Positions 36,960-48,859 of a stretch of DNA of 64,000 nt are shown here, in pieces. The DNA is taken from the NCBI GenBank assembly GCA_009914755.4, contig CP068257.2:35680001-35744000 (forward strand), in the 5' to 3' direction. Under the pieces are notes generated by a model, which was given only the letters and a program-made list of their open reading frames with translations, had not been told where the DNA came from and searched no databases. The translations under genes and the position numbers were made by a program. Position 1 is the stretch's first letter. Every line of letters starts with the position of its first letter. Origin of the DNA: the human T2T-CHM13v2.0 reference genome, Homo sapiens.

Positions 36960-37668
36960 GTGTATTAGTCTGTTCTCACACTGTTCTAAATAACTTTCCA
37001 AAACTGAGTAATTTATGAAAAAACGAGGTTTAATTGGCTCACAGTTCCTTAGGCTGCACAGAAAGCATGGCTGGGGAGGCCTCAGGAAACTTTCAATGAT
37101 GGCAGAAGGCAAAGAGGAAGCAGGCAAGTCCTACATGGCTGGAGCAGGAGAAAGAGAGCAAAGCGGGAGGTGCCACACACTTTTAAACAACCAAATTTTG
37201 GCCAGCATGGTGGCTCACACCTGTAATCCCAGCACTTTGGGAGGCTGAGGCAGGCAGACCACTTGAAGTCAGGAGTTCTAGATCAGCCTGGCCAATATGG
37301 TGAAACCCTGTCTCTACTAAAAATACAGAAAAATTAGCTGGGGGTGGTATTGGGCACCTGTAATTCCAGCTACTTGGGAGGCTGAAGCAGGAGAATCGCT
37401 TGAACCCGGGAGGTGAGGTTGCAGTGAGCTGAGATTGTGCCACTGTACTCCAGCCTCAGCGACAGTGCGAGACTCCATCTCAGAAACAAAACAAAACAAA
37501 ACAAAAACACACAAAAACCTCCCCCAGCTTTCATGAGAATGAACTCACTATCACGAGAACAGTGAGGGGGTCATGATCCAATCACCTTCCACCAGGTCCC
37601 TCCTCCAACACTGAGGATCACAATTCGACATGAGATGTGGGTGGGGACACAAGTCCAAACCATATCAG
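36960..37668 (-). mobile_element. MaLR solo LTR, THE1/MST-type, split by an Alu (37200-37518)
   Basis: TGTATTAGTCTGTTCTCACACTGTTCTAAATAACTTTCCAAAACTGAGTAATTTATGAAAAAACGAGGTTTAATTGGCTCACAGTTCC...GGCTGGGGAGGCCTCAGGAAACTTTCAATGATGGCAGAAGGCAAAG... [Alu] ...CTCACTATCACGAGAACAGTGAGGGGG...CAATCACCTTCCACCAGGTCCCTCC...ACATGAGATGTGGGTGGGGACACAAGTCCAAACCATATCAG = revcomp of remembered THE1 LTR (TGATATGGTTTGGCTGTGTCCCCACCCAAATCTCATCTTGAATTGTAG...TTTATAAATTACCCAGTCTCGGGTATGTCTTTATTAGCAGTGTGAGAACGGACTAATACA). Confidence 0.75.
37200..37518 (+). mobile_element. Alu SINE nested inside the MaLR LTR
   Basis: GGCCAGCATGGTGGCTCACACCTGTAATCCCAGCACTTTGGGAGGCTGAGGCAGGCAGACCACTTGAAGTCAGGAGTTCTAGATCAGCCTGGCCAATATGG...(CAAAA)n tail. 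Confidence 0.95.
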
Positions 37669-38167
37669 TGTTTTCAGTGTCTGACATTCTGATAGGTATG
37701 TAGTGGTATCTCATTGTTGTTTTAATTTGCATTTCCCTTATGACAATTATGTTATTGCTGGATGTTTATGTTTTCATTCAGCCTAAGAGTATTTAAAAGT
37801 TTTTTAACTATGGTAAATGACACATGAAATTTACCATCTTTATCATGTTTAAACATACTGTTTAGTAGCATTAACTATACTCACATTGTTGTGCAACTGT
37901 CGCAATCCATCTTTAGAGGTTTTTCATTTTGCAAAACTGAAACTCTGTACCCATTAAACAACTCCCCATTGCCCCCTACCCTTAGCTGCTGAGAGCCGCC
38001 ATTCTACTTTCTGTTTCTATGATTTTGCCTATTCTAGGCATCGCATGTACATGGAATCATACAGCATTATTTGTCTTTTTGTGACTGGTTTATTTCATTT
38101 AGGATAATGTCCTCAATGTTCATCCATGCCATACATTTGTCAGAATCTGCTTCCTTTTTAAGTTTGA

Positions 38168-38487
<320 letters not shown>

Positions 38488-38515
<28 letters not shown>

Positions 38516-38789
38516 GAGACAGGGTCTCACTCTGTCGCTCAGGCTGGAGTACAGTGGCACTATTGCAGCTCATTGCAGCCTTGATCTCCCAGCTTAAGTG
38601 ATCCTCTCACCTCAGTCTCCCAAGGACTACAGAGGTGCACCATCAGGCCTGGCTAATTTTTAAATATTTTTGTAAATTCCAGGTCTCGCTATGTTGCCCA
38701 GGCTGGTCTCCAATGCCTGGGCTCAAGTGATCCTCCCACCTTGGCCTCCCAAAGTGCTGAGATTACAGGCATGAGTCACCTCGCCTGCC
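38488..38789 (-). mobile_element. Alu SINE (29-T tail) directly abutting the previous Alu
   Basis: T29 GAGACAGGGTCTCACTCTGTCGCTCAGGCTGGAGTACAGTGGCACTATTGCAGCTCATTGCAGCC...GCTGAGATTACAGGCATGAGTCACCTCGCCTGCC. Confidence 0.93.
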
Positions 38790-39142
38790 TTATATTTTGT
38801 TTATCCATTTATTTGCTTCTACCTTTTGGCTCTCGTGAACAATGCTACAATGGACATAGATATGTAAATATCCCTTCAAGATCTTGCTTGCAAATCTTTG
38901 GGGTATATACCCAGAAGTTGAGTTACTGGATCTCATAGTAATTCTGTTTAATTTTTCCAGGGACTGCCATACTGTTTTCAATAGTGGCTTCACCATTTTA
39001 CTTTCCCATCAACTGTGCACAAGCGTTCTAATTACTTCACATTCTGCCAACATTTGTTATTTTTGTGGAGTTTTTGGTTTTATTTTTATTTTTTATAGTA
39101 GACGTCTTAAGGGGTGTGAAATGTTTCCCTTTAACAGAGTTG

Positions 39143-39440
39143 AGGCTGAGTGTGGTGGCTCACACCTGTAACCCCAGCACTTTGGGAGGCTGAGGTGTGT
39201 GGATGGCTTAAGCCCAGGTGTTCGAGAGCAGCCTGGACAACATGGCGAAACCCCGTCTCTACCAAAAATACAAAGATTAACTGGGCGTGGTGGCACATGC
39301 CTGTAGTCCCAGCTACTCAGGTGACAGGCGGGAGGGTCACCTGAGCTTGGGAGGTCGAGGCTGCAGTGAGCCATGATTGTGCCTCTGCACTACAGTCTGG
39401 GTGACAGAGTGAGACCCTGTCATAAATAAATAAATAAATA
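39143..39440 (+). mobile_element. Alu SINE with (AAAT)n tail, nested in L1
   Basis: AGGCTGAGTGTGGTGGCTCACACCTGTAACCCCAGCACTTTGGGAGGCTGAGGTGTGTGGATGGCTTAAGCCCAGGTGTTCGAGAGCAGCCTGGACAACATGG...(AAAT)5. Confidence 0.93.
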
Positions 39441-39621
39441 GTGAGTTGAACCCATTCACATTTAATATAGTTACTGATTTCTGATATTTTATGTTTTTTA
39501 TTACATTGTTCTCTTTATTATTTCTTTTACTTTCTTATTTCCTAGGATTTTTTTTTTATACACCGAATTTTCTTTTTTTAAAACTCTCTTCTGGTTGTTT
39601 GAAAAGTTATACGTACTATTT

Positions 39622-39765
39622 CTTTTTTTTTCTTTTTTTTTTTTTTTAGAGATGGGATCTTGCTATGTTGCCCAGGTTGGCCTTTGAACTCCTGGCCTCA
39701 AGGGATCCTACTCCGTCAGCCTCCAGAGTAGCTGAGACTACAGGTGCACCCCACGGAGCTGGGCT
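39622..39765 (-). mobile_element. Alu left-arm-length fragment (FLAM-like) with T-tail
   Basis: T-rich tail then AGAGATGGGATCTTGCTATGTTGCCCAGGTTGGCCTTTGAACTCCTGGCCTCAAGGGATCCTACTCCGTCAGCCTCCAGAGTAGCTGAGACTACAGGTGCACCCCACGGAGCTGGGC. Confidence 0.8.
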
Positions 39766-39789
39766 TTCTTCCTATTTGTCTATTTTCAG

Positions 39790-39910
39790 GTAAAGGCTCA
39801 TGTTCCTTGAACACCTGCTATGTTCCAGCCCCTATGCAGACCTTTTTATATTGATGATCTCATTTAATCCTTACGACAGCCCTATGAGGTTGCTCCTATT
39901 TTTAAAAATA
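39790..39910 (-). mobile_element. MIR SINE fragment
   Basis: GCTCATGTTCCTTGAACACCTGCTATGTTCCAGCCCCTATGCAGACCTTTTTATATTGATGATCTCATTTAATCCTTACGACAGCCCTATGAGGTTGCTCCTATTTTT ~ MIR ...TATTGAGCGCTTACTATGTGCCAGGCACTGT...TTTACATGTATTAACTCATTTAATCCTCACAACAACCCTATGAGGTAGGTACTATTATT. Confidence 0.55.
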
Positions 39911-40639
39911 AACTTTATATTTTAGAATAAATTAATTTTAAATTAGAATTAACTTAGAATTATTTAGAATAAATATTTTTACTTTAGAGTAATGTTTTTA
40001 GGACTTAGATTCTAAAAAGAAAAAGGAAAGTGCTGTAGGCAGTACAGAGAGTTTCTGTTTACTCTACACCTAGTACACCCAGTTTCCTTTAGTATTCATA
40101 GCTTCCATGGATATGGTATGCTTGCCAAAATTAATGAACCAATAGTGACACATTTTATTAGCTAAAATCTGTAGTTTATGCACATTTCCCAGGTTTTTGT
40201 CAAAATTTTACAATCTGTGTCAACATACCACACGACATCAGCCTCCTGTCTCCCTTAGGTTCTTGTTGGCTATGACAGTTTCTTTGTTTCGATGACCTTG
40301 GCAGTTTAGAGGAGATGGCCTTTAATTTAATAAGACCTTTTAAACATCTTTCTCCATAAACATTTAGAATGAATCAGTATCCATAATTTTTCCCTCTGGA
40401 ATAAGATAAGATCTTAAACATCTCATGCTTTGTAGGAATAATCTAAAATTTCAGTTCCAATTGAGCAATAAAATTCTTTCTACATTTCTCTTTCTCTTTA
40501 AAATAGTTTCTTAAATGTCTTAATCTTAAGATCTCAGTATAAATTTTATCAGTTTATTTATATTTCTTACCACTTTTTCATGTTTTGAATTTAATTATCT
40601 TTCTTGAATTACTTTTTCCCCCCCGAAGGAAATATTTTC

Positions 40640-40800
40640 AGAAAGGATGGATGGGTGATAAACTTTCTGAGCCCTTCATGGTCAAGCTTTTCTTATTTGC
40701 AACATGGAGATCAAAATACCTATCCCACAGAATTGCTGAAGATGAACGAATTCATACTTTTAAGCTTTTAGCAGAGTTCACCATATAAGCAATCAATAAA
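40640..40800 (+). mobile_element. MIR SINE fragment
   Basis: TTTCTTATTTGCAACATGGAGATCAAAATACCTATCCCACAGAATTGCTGAAGATGAACGAATTCATACTTTTAAGCTTTTAGCAGAGTTCACCATATAAGCAATCAATAAATGTTAGCTCTTGTTACTATTAC ~ MIR ...TTTCCTCATCTGTAAAATGGGGATAATAATAGTACCTACCTCATAGGGTTGTTGTGAGGATTAAATGAGTTAATACATGTAAAGCGCTTAGAACAGTGCCTGGCACATAGTAAGCGCTCAATAAATGTTAGCTATTATTATT. Confidence 0.6.
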
Positions 40801-42897
40801 TGTTAGCTCTTGTTACTATTACAATGAGCACATATTATTTTGTAATTATAAGGAAAACTATGCACGGACGCACGCAAGGAAGGAGGGATAGTGGTAAAGA
40901 AGGTGATAATACGGAAAGTGATGTGACAGAATGGAAGAGCAGGTGACATAACCACTATTTTCAGCTTGGTAAATGTGGAAAAGTCCTGAGCATTTCTGCC
41001 AACCAGCTTAACCTGGGCTATGCTGTCATCCATGGTCCAGACAGCCACGTGGGTGTTAGAAGCCACATGGCCCATCTGTCTCCTCTGAGGTCACTGGAGT
41101 TTATCAGCTGTTGTGTACCCTTAGCATGAGTCAGGAGGGTTCTGGGAAAATGTCTTTCTAGTTGAAGGACTGGCAATTCAGTTCAAAGATTAATAAACAC
41201 AAAATAACACTTGAGAAGCATGTGTCATGTCAAATGCAGAACGTGTGTTCCAGAGGGAGGAACAAAACACGAGTGCTCTCTAAACAGACCAAAATTTCTT
41301 CAATTGATTCTTTGCTATTCATGAGCAAGGGAGGGAGAACAAATTGTTATGCCTGACACCAGATTTCAGGCCTGGAATTTTGTAGTGTGATTCATGCAGC
41401 TATATTTAATATTTGCAGAGTCATCCAGTAACCCCTGTCAGAGCCCAGGGAAGCCTTCACCCTGGGGCAACTCCCTTCTCCACCATCCATGCACTGCTTA
41501 GGGATCCTTGTAGGACGGTCTTGGTATGACGTATCATTCCTCGCATGCTTGAATGGCAGTTGTGTCTCCATAAACACCAGTGCCGGCCAAACACAGCCAG
41601 GTCTTTCATGTCAATTTAGGAATGTGTTGCCCTCATAAAGATAAGGCATTTAGTGCTCTTGACCTTGTTAAAGGTCTGTGACTGGCTCAGAATTTTTAAT
41701 ACCCGGGGAGTAGTGCGGAGGCGCGGTGGGGGATGGACTCTAGTTGTTTCCTGTGCTCAGGGTAGAATCCTGGAACCTGAGTTGCCAAAAAAAAAAAAAA
41801 AGAAAAGAAAAGAAAAAAAGGAAAAGAAAAATTGGATCATTAAGTTAGGATATTATGTTTAAATCTTATAATGTACTTGTAAATGTTGATGGCATAATAT
41901 GTAAGTAACAAAAGACATGGCTTCATCAATTTCTACTTTAAAAGCTTTCACAGGAAAGAGATAAAGAATAATGTGGCTAATAAATGACATGCTGATAAAG
42001 TATTAAAAAGAACAGAACACTTCTGATGGCTTCACACTCTGGAAGGATGGGAAATAAGCAAACGCAAAATAAAACAGCTGGGTAGACTCAAAGGAAATAA
42101 AAAAGGGGTTTCCCCCACCCCTGTACATTCCCTCAAATAGGAGCTAAAAAGGAAAATAAAATTGCACCAAACCATGAGAGGGGAACATTTAAGCATTCTA
42201 ATATTGTAAATAGACATTCAGGCTGAGTCTTCCATCCAAAAGCTAGGACAGGAAATAAATCCTTAAGCATAACTAAGAGACTAATAAGGAAATATTTTCA
42301 GGGGTTTAAAGCAAATAGTTTTTTTAATGCAAAAACAACATAATCAAGACATATTATCACATGTCATATATGACAGCAAATATGCTTACCAGGCTACTTC
42401 CAAGAGCAAATGAGATAAAAGTACTTTGAAACCATAAAACGTTATGCAAATGTGCAGTGATATTAGCGTTATTTGGGAAAATAAAAGCACTGGGCTTCTC
42501 CCTTTTCCTGTTTCTCATTCCTTTTATTTACCTTAAAATACAAGTTTATTTCTTCTCAATATACCTGAGGAGTTGCCTAGTAGGAAATGGAACACACACA
42601 AAATCCGGCTTTTTCTTCCTGTCTTATTGTTCGTTTGTCACAATATTTGTTTTTCCTGGTTGTTGTTTAAAAATTGTTATGGAAAATTTCAAACAGACAT
42701 CAAGTTAGAGAGAATTTGATCATGAACGTCATGTCCTCATCCCTCAGACTCTACATGTGTTATTAGCTTTTTGGCCAGTCTTATTCCATCTATAATCCCA
42801 CCTACTTTCCAACTCAGATTATTTTGAAGTAAATGCCAGACATCCTGTCATTTCCATTAGAATTCCTAAAAGATAAAAACTATTCAAAAAAGAACAC

Positions 42898-43155
<258 letters not shown>

Positions 43156-43161
43156 GAATAC

Positions 43162-43470
43162 AGGCTGGACGTGGCGGCTCACACCCATAATCTCAGCCCT
43201 TTGGGAGACCCTGGAGGAAGGATCGCCTGAGCCCAGGAGTTTGAGACCAGCCTGGGCAACACAGAGAGACCCAGTCTCTACAAAAAATACAAAAATTAGC
43301 CTGGCATTGTGGCTGCGCCTGTAGTCCCAGCTACTGGAGAGACTGAGGCTGGAGGATGGCTTGAGCCCAGGAGATTGAGGCTGCAGTGAGCCGTGATTGC
43401 AACACTGCTCTCCAGTCTGAGTGACAAAGGAAGACTCTGTCAAAAAAAAAAAAAAAAGAAAGAAAGAAAG
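43162..43470 (+). mobile_element. Alu SINE (AluJ-like)
   Basis: GGCTGGACGTGGCGGCTCACACCCATAATCTCAGCCCTTTGGGAGACCCTGGAGGAAGGATCGCCTGAGCCCAGGAGTTTGAGACCAGCCTGGGCAACACAGAGAGACCC...A16(GAAA)n. Confidence 0.9.
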
Positions 43471-44413
43471 GACCTTACTATAACAATTATTCTTGAATAT
43501 CACCAAAATCCAGTCAGTGCTCCATTTCCCCGATTGTCCTGTAATTTTTTAAACAAGTTGTTCGAATCAGGATCCAAAAAAGTTCCCATTCATTGTGATT
43601 GATTGAGGTGTCTCTTTAGATTTTTTAAGCCTGGAGGTACTGGCACAACCTCCTTCTCTCTCTCTCCCTCCTCCTCCCACTCTTTCTCTCCCACCCCCTC
43701 CACCCTCAAACCCAGCAGGTCTGACCAGGCAGCAGTGGTCATCTGATTGACGCGCATTGAACTCTCTGCCTGAAAAGATGCTGTACTTCGTTGAGTTCCT
43801 TCCTTTTCTGTTCTGCCCAAGCTGTAATGGCTCTGAGGATTTGGAAAAGGTTTTAGAATCTAGGAATGAATGAGAAAACTGTTTTAAAGGGCCCCTCCAC
43901 ACTACTGAGGTCATTTACTTTTTCTTACTCTTTACCAAAACCTGTATAGATCACTGATATAATAGATGCGAAAGATACTCTAGTGGAAAATGTCATGTAA
44001 ATGTAAAGGACTGCTGATGGTTATGTTATCATTCAAGAATGTTTTACAGGGGGAGATCTTAGCAAGCGGAAGTACAAGTAAAACTGAATCATGAGCAATT
44101 TATGTTATTACCTTCAGGGCAACCATAAATTAAGCCAGATAATTGTTCCCGGGCTCTGAACACTATGGGACAAGAAGCCATGGCTATAAGCCAAGAAAAA
44201 AAGAGCCGTATTTTTAAAAATACCCATTTAAAAGAGGAAAAGCAATTAGGGAGCAGATCCTGTAAGTAAAGGAAGACGGGGAAATAGCATTAAGTAGGTA
44301 TCCAACAAGTTATTTGATATGACAGTGGTACAAATGATGCAAAAATATTCTCTTTCTTCCCTCAAATTTACAGAAACTGGCTCACAGTTTTTTGAGTAGT
44401 GAAGAATTTTAGG

Positions 44414-44575
44414 GCTGGGCGCAGTGGCTCATGCCTGTAATCCCAACACGTTGGGAGGCTGAGATGGGAGGATCACTTGAGCCCAGGAGATCAGCCTAGG
44501 CAACATAGTGAGGCCCCATCTCTACAAAACATTTTGAAATTAGCTGGGCGTGGTGGTGCACGCCTGTAGTCCTAG
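44414..44575 (+). mobile_element. Alu SINE 5' two-thirds, interrupted by an LTR insertion
   Basis: GGCTGGGCGCAGTGGCTCATGCCTGTAATCCCAACACGTTGGGAGGCTGAGATGGGAGGATCACTTGAGCCCAGGAGATCAGCCTAGGCAACATAGTGAGGCCCCATCTCTACAAAACATTTTGAAATTAGCTGGGCGTGGTGGTGCACGCCTGTAGTCCTAG | LTR. Confidence 0.93.
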
Positions 44576-44953
44576 TGTATTAGTCTGTTCTCACACTGCT
44601 ATAAAGGGCTGTCTGAGACTGGGTAATTTATAAAGGAAAGAGGTTTAATTGACTCATGGTTCCACATGGCTGGGGAGGCCTCAGGAAACTTACAATTGTG
44701 GTGGAAGGGGAAGCAAACATGTGCTTCTCCACATGATGACAGGAAGGAGAAGTGCAGAGCAAAAGGGGGGAAAGCGCCTTATGAAACCATCAGATCTCGC
44801 GAGAACTCACTCACTACCATGAGAACAGCAGCATGGGGATAACCGCCCCCATGATTCAATTACCTCTCACCAGGTCCCTCCTGTGACACGTGGAGATTTT
44901 GGGAACTACAAATCAAGATAAGATGTAGGTGGGGACACAGCCAAACCATATCA
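44576..44953 (-). mobile_element. MaLR solo LTR (THE1/MST-type) inserted inside an Alu
   Basis: TGTATTAGTCTGTTCTCACACTGCTATAAAGGGCTGTCTGAGACTGGGTAATTTATAAAGGAAAGAGGTTTAATTGACTCATGGTTCCACATGGCTGGGGAGGCCTCAGGAAACTTACAATTGTGGTGGAAGGGGAAGCAAACATGTGCTTCTCCACATGATGACAGGAAGGAGAAGTGCAGAGCAAAAGGGGGGAAAGCGCCTTATGAAACCATCAGATCTCGCGAGAACTCACTCACTACCATGAGAACAGCAGCATGGGGATAACCGCCCCCATGATTCAATTACCTCTCACCAGGTCCCTCCTGTGACACGTGGAGATTTTGGGAACTACAAATCAAGATAAGATGTAGGTGGGGACACAGCCAAACCATATCA = revcomp of remembered THE1-type LTR; Alu sequence resumes immediately after with ~5 bp duplication (TCCYAG). Confidence 0.8.
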
Positions 44954-45108
44954 CCCAGCTACTTGGGAGGCTGAGGTGGGGGGATCCGCTTGAGCTGGGG
45001 AGGTCAAGGCTGCGTTGGGTCATGATCGCACCACTATACTTCAGCCTAGGCATCAGAGTGAGACCCTGTGTCAAATAAATAAATAAATAAACAAATAAAA
45101 TAAAAAAT
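44954..45108 (+). mobile_element. Alu SINE 3' third (continuation of 44414-44575) with (AAAT)n tail
   Basis: CCCAGCTACTTGGGAGGCTGAGGTGGGGGGATCCGCTTGAGCTGGGGAGGTCAAGGCTGCGTTGGGTCATGATCGCACCACTATACTTCAGCCTAGGCATCAGAGTGAGACCCTGTGTCAAATAAATAAATAAATAAACAAATAAAATAAAAAATTC. Confidence 0.93.
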
Positions 45109-45110
45109 TC

Positions 45111-45890
<780 letters not shown>

Positions 45891-45989
45891 CTCTTTCTCT
45901 CTCTTTCCTCTTTTTTTCTATCATGCTTTGAGAGAATTTACAAAGTGTTGGCCATAATTTTACGGAAATAACGCTAGCAATAAAGGTAA

Positions 45990-46433
<444 letters not shown>

Positions 46434-46744
46434 TAATGCCACAGTTTACTGTCACATATAGGAGGTAGAGATTCCTTTCATCAAACTTACCACTCGTGTT
46501 GGCACCATTTATGGTCCATTATTTGCTTTTCTCCTCGCCATCCTCCAACCCATCTCTTCGTCTCCCATTCACAGCCAAGGATTGACTTATTTTGTACAAA
46601 AGTGGCCGTGCCTGCTGGTAGGAAGGTCAAGAGGGACGTCCACCAGTGGTGCATGTGGCCGTCTGCCTTTAAACTTAAACTTTCGTTTCTGCTTGCTTCA
46701 AAATTATAGTTTGAAAGGTCGCTTTCATTGGTAGCTAGATCTAG

Positions 46745-46890
46745 CTGCCTCTTTTCACAGGTAAGACCACAGGAACCCAGAAAGGCAGAGGGCTTGCTCA
46801 AGGTAACTCGAGGTATCAGTGGTAGATCCAGGCACAGAGCCCAGGTCTCTGCAGTGCTCTATCGTTGGATCTTATACACAAGAGAATCAA
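46745..46890. mobile_element. MIR SINE fragment (core region), diverged
   Basis: TTTCACAGGTAAGACCACAGGAACCCAGAAAGGCAGAGGGCTTGCTCAAGGTAACTCGAGGTATCAGTGGTAGATCCAGGCACAGAGCCCAGGTCTCTGCAGTGCTC ~ MIR core (TTTACAGATGAGGAAACTGAGGCACAGAGAGGTTAAGTAACTTGCCCAAGGTCACACAGC...GCTGGGATTCGAACCCAGGCAGTCTGGCTCCAGAGTCCGTGCTC). Confidence 0.4.
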
Positions 46891-47230
46891 ATCTACTCAG
46901 CTGCCTAGGGATTTGTGCAGAAACAACTTCCATTTGTGGTTGAGATAACTGATGCGAGAATTTTCAGTAACAGGATTTCTTGGGTAGAAGTGGGAAAAAA
47001 TCCCCACTGGGAACAAACTTAAAATGAAAAGATGTGAAAATGTATGCCTCTCTGAGAAAAGATGTTTCAGCTGCTTCCTGGAGTGACTTGGGTTAGAGAA
47101 TGAGTTTGTAAGTGCGTGCTGACCCAGTTAATGTAGGAAGTATCAAACTCCAGGCACAAGTGACCTGAAAGAGAAGGAGTCCTCTTTTTAATAAACGTAA
47201 ACAAATGCTATCTTCATTTTTCCATTTAAT

Positions 47231-47877
<647 letters not shown>

Positions 47878-47989
47878 GAAAGTAACATATGCATATAGGA
47901 ACAGTTCCACTAGGAACCAGAATCTAATCATGAAGAAACATCTTAGCATGTGAGCCATTCTGAGACAACTAGACTGCTGTCTTCAAAAA

Positions 47990-48330
47990 AGTCAGTGTCA
48001 TGAGAAGCAAAAAGGCCTGATGGGACAGGGACTATTCCATATTTTAAAAGTCCAAAAAGACAAAACAACCAAATGCAAAGTGTGAAACTTAATTAGATCC
48101 TGGATGAAAAAAGATATATAAAAGATATTTTGGGGACTACTGAGGAAATTCGATTGTGGATTGGATATCCAATGATCATGGGAGATTATTGTGAATTTCC
48201 TTAGATGTGAAGATGATATTCTGGGCATGGAGGAAAATGTCCTTGTTCTCAAGAGACAGCATCTGGAATATTTCCGAATGAAGCATTGTGATGTTTTTTA
48301 ACTCACTTCAAATGGTCCAGAAAAAAAGGA
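47990..48330 (+). mobile_element. Ancient L1 (L1MC/D/E-like) 3' end fragment
   Basis: ...GAAAATGTCCTTGTTCTCAAGAGACAGCATCTGGAATATTTCCGAATGAAGCATTGTGATGTTTTTTAACTCACTTCAAATGGTCCAGAAAAAAAGG ~ remembered old-L1 3' end (GAGAATGTCCTTGTTTTTAGGAAATACACACTGAAGTATTTAGGGGTAAAGGGTCATGATGTCTGCAACTTACTCTCAAATGGTTCAGAAAAAAA). Confidence 0.5.
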
Positions 48331-48443
48331 GGAGAGATAAAGCTTATGTGGAATCCAGGTTAAAGGTATATTGGTATTTCTTGTACTATTTAACTGTTAC
48401 ATAGATGTGAAAAATTTCAAGCTAATAGGAAAAAAAAGTCTAA

Positions 48444-48820
<377 letters not shown>

Positions 48821-48859
48821 TACTTGTAATGTATCTAGTTGCTTGTTCTAGTATTTAAC

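Noticed and set aside
43600-43760. CT-rich / polypyrimidine tract followed by a CpG-containing patch (GATTGACGCGCATTGAACTC) that might mark a promoter or first exon
   Set aside because: Only 3-4 CpGs over 150 bp, no TATA or Inr context recognised and no downstream splice-donor-bounded ORF. Insufficient evidence, so it is left as unannotated unique DNA.
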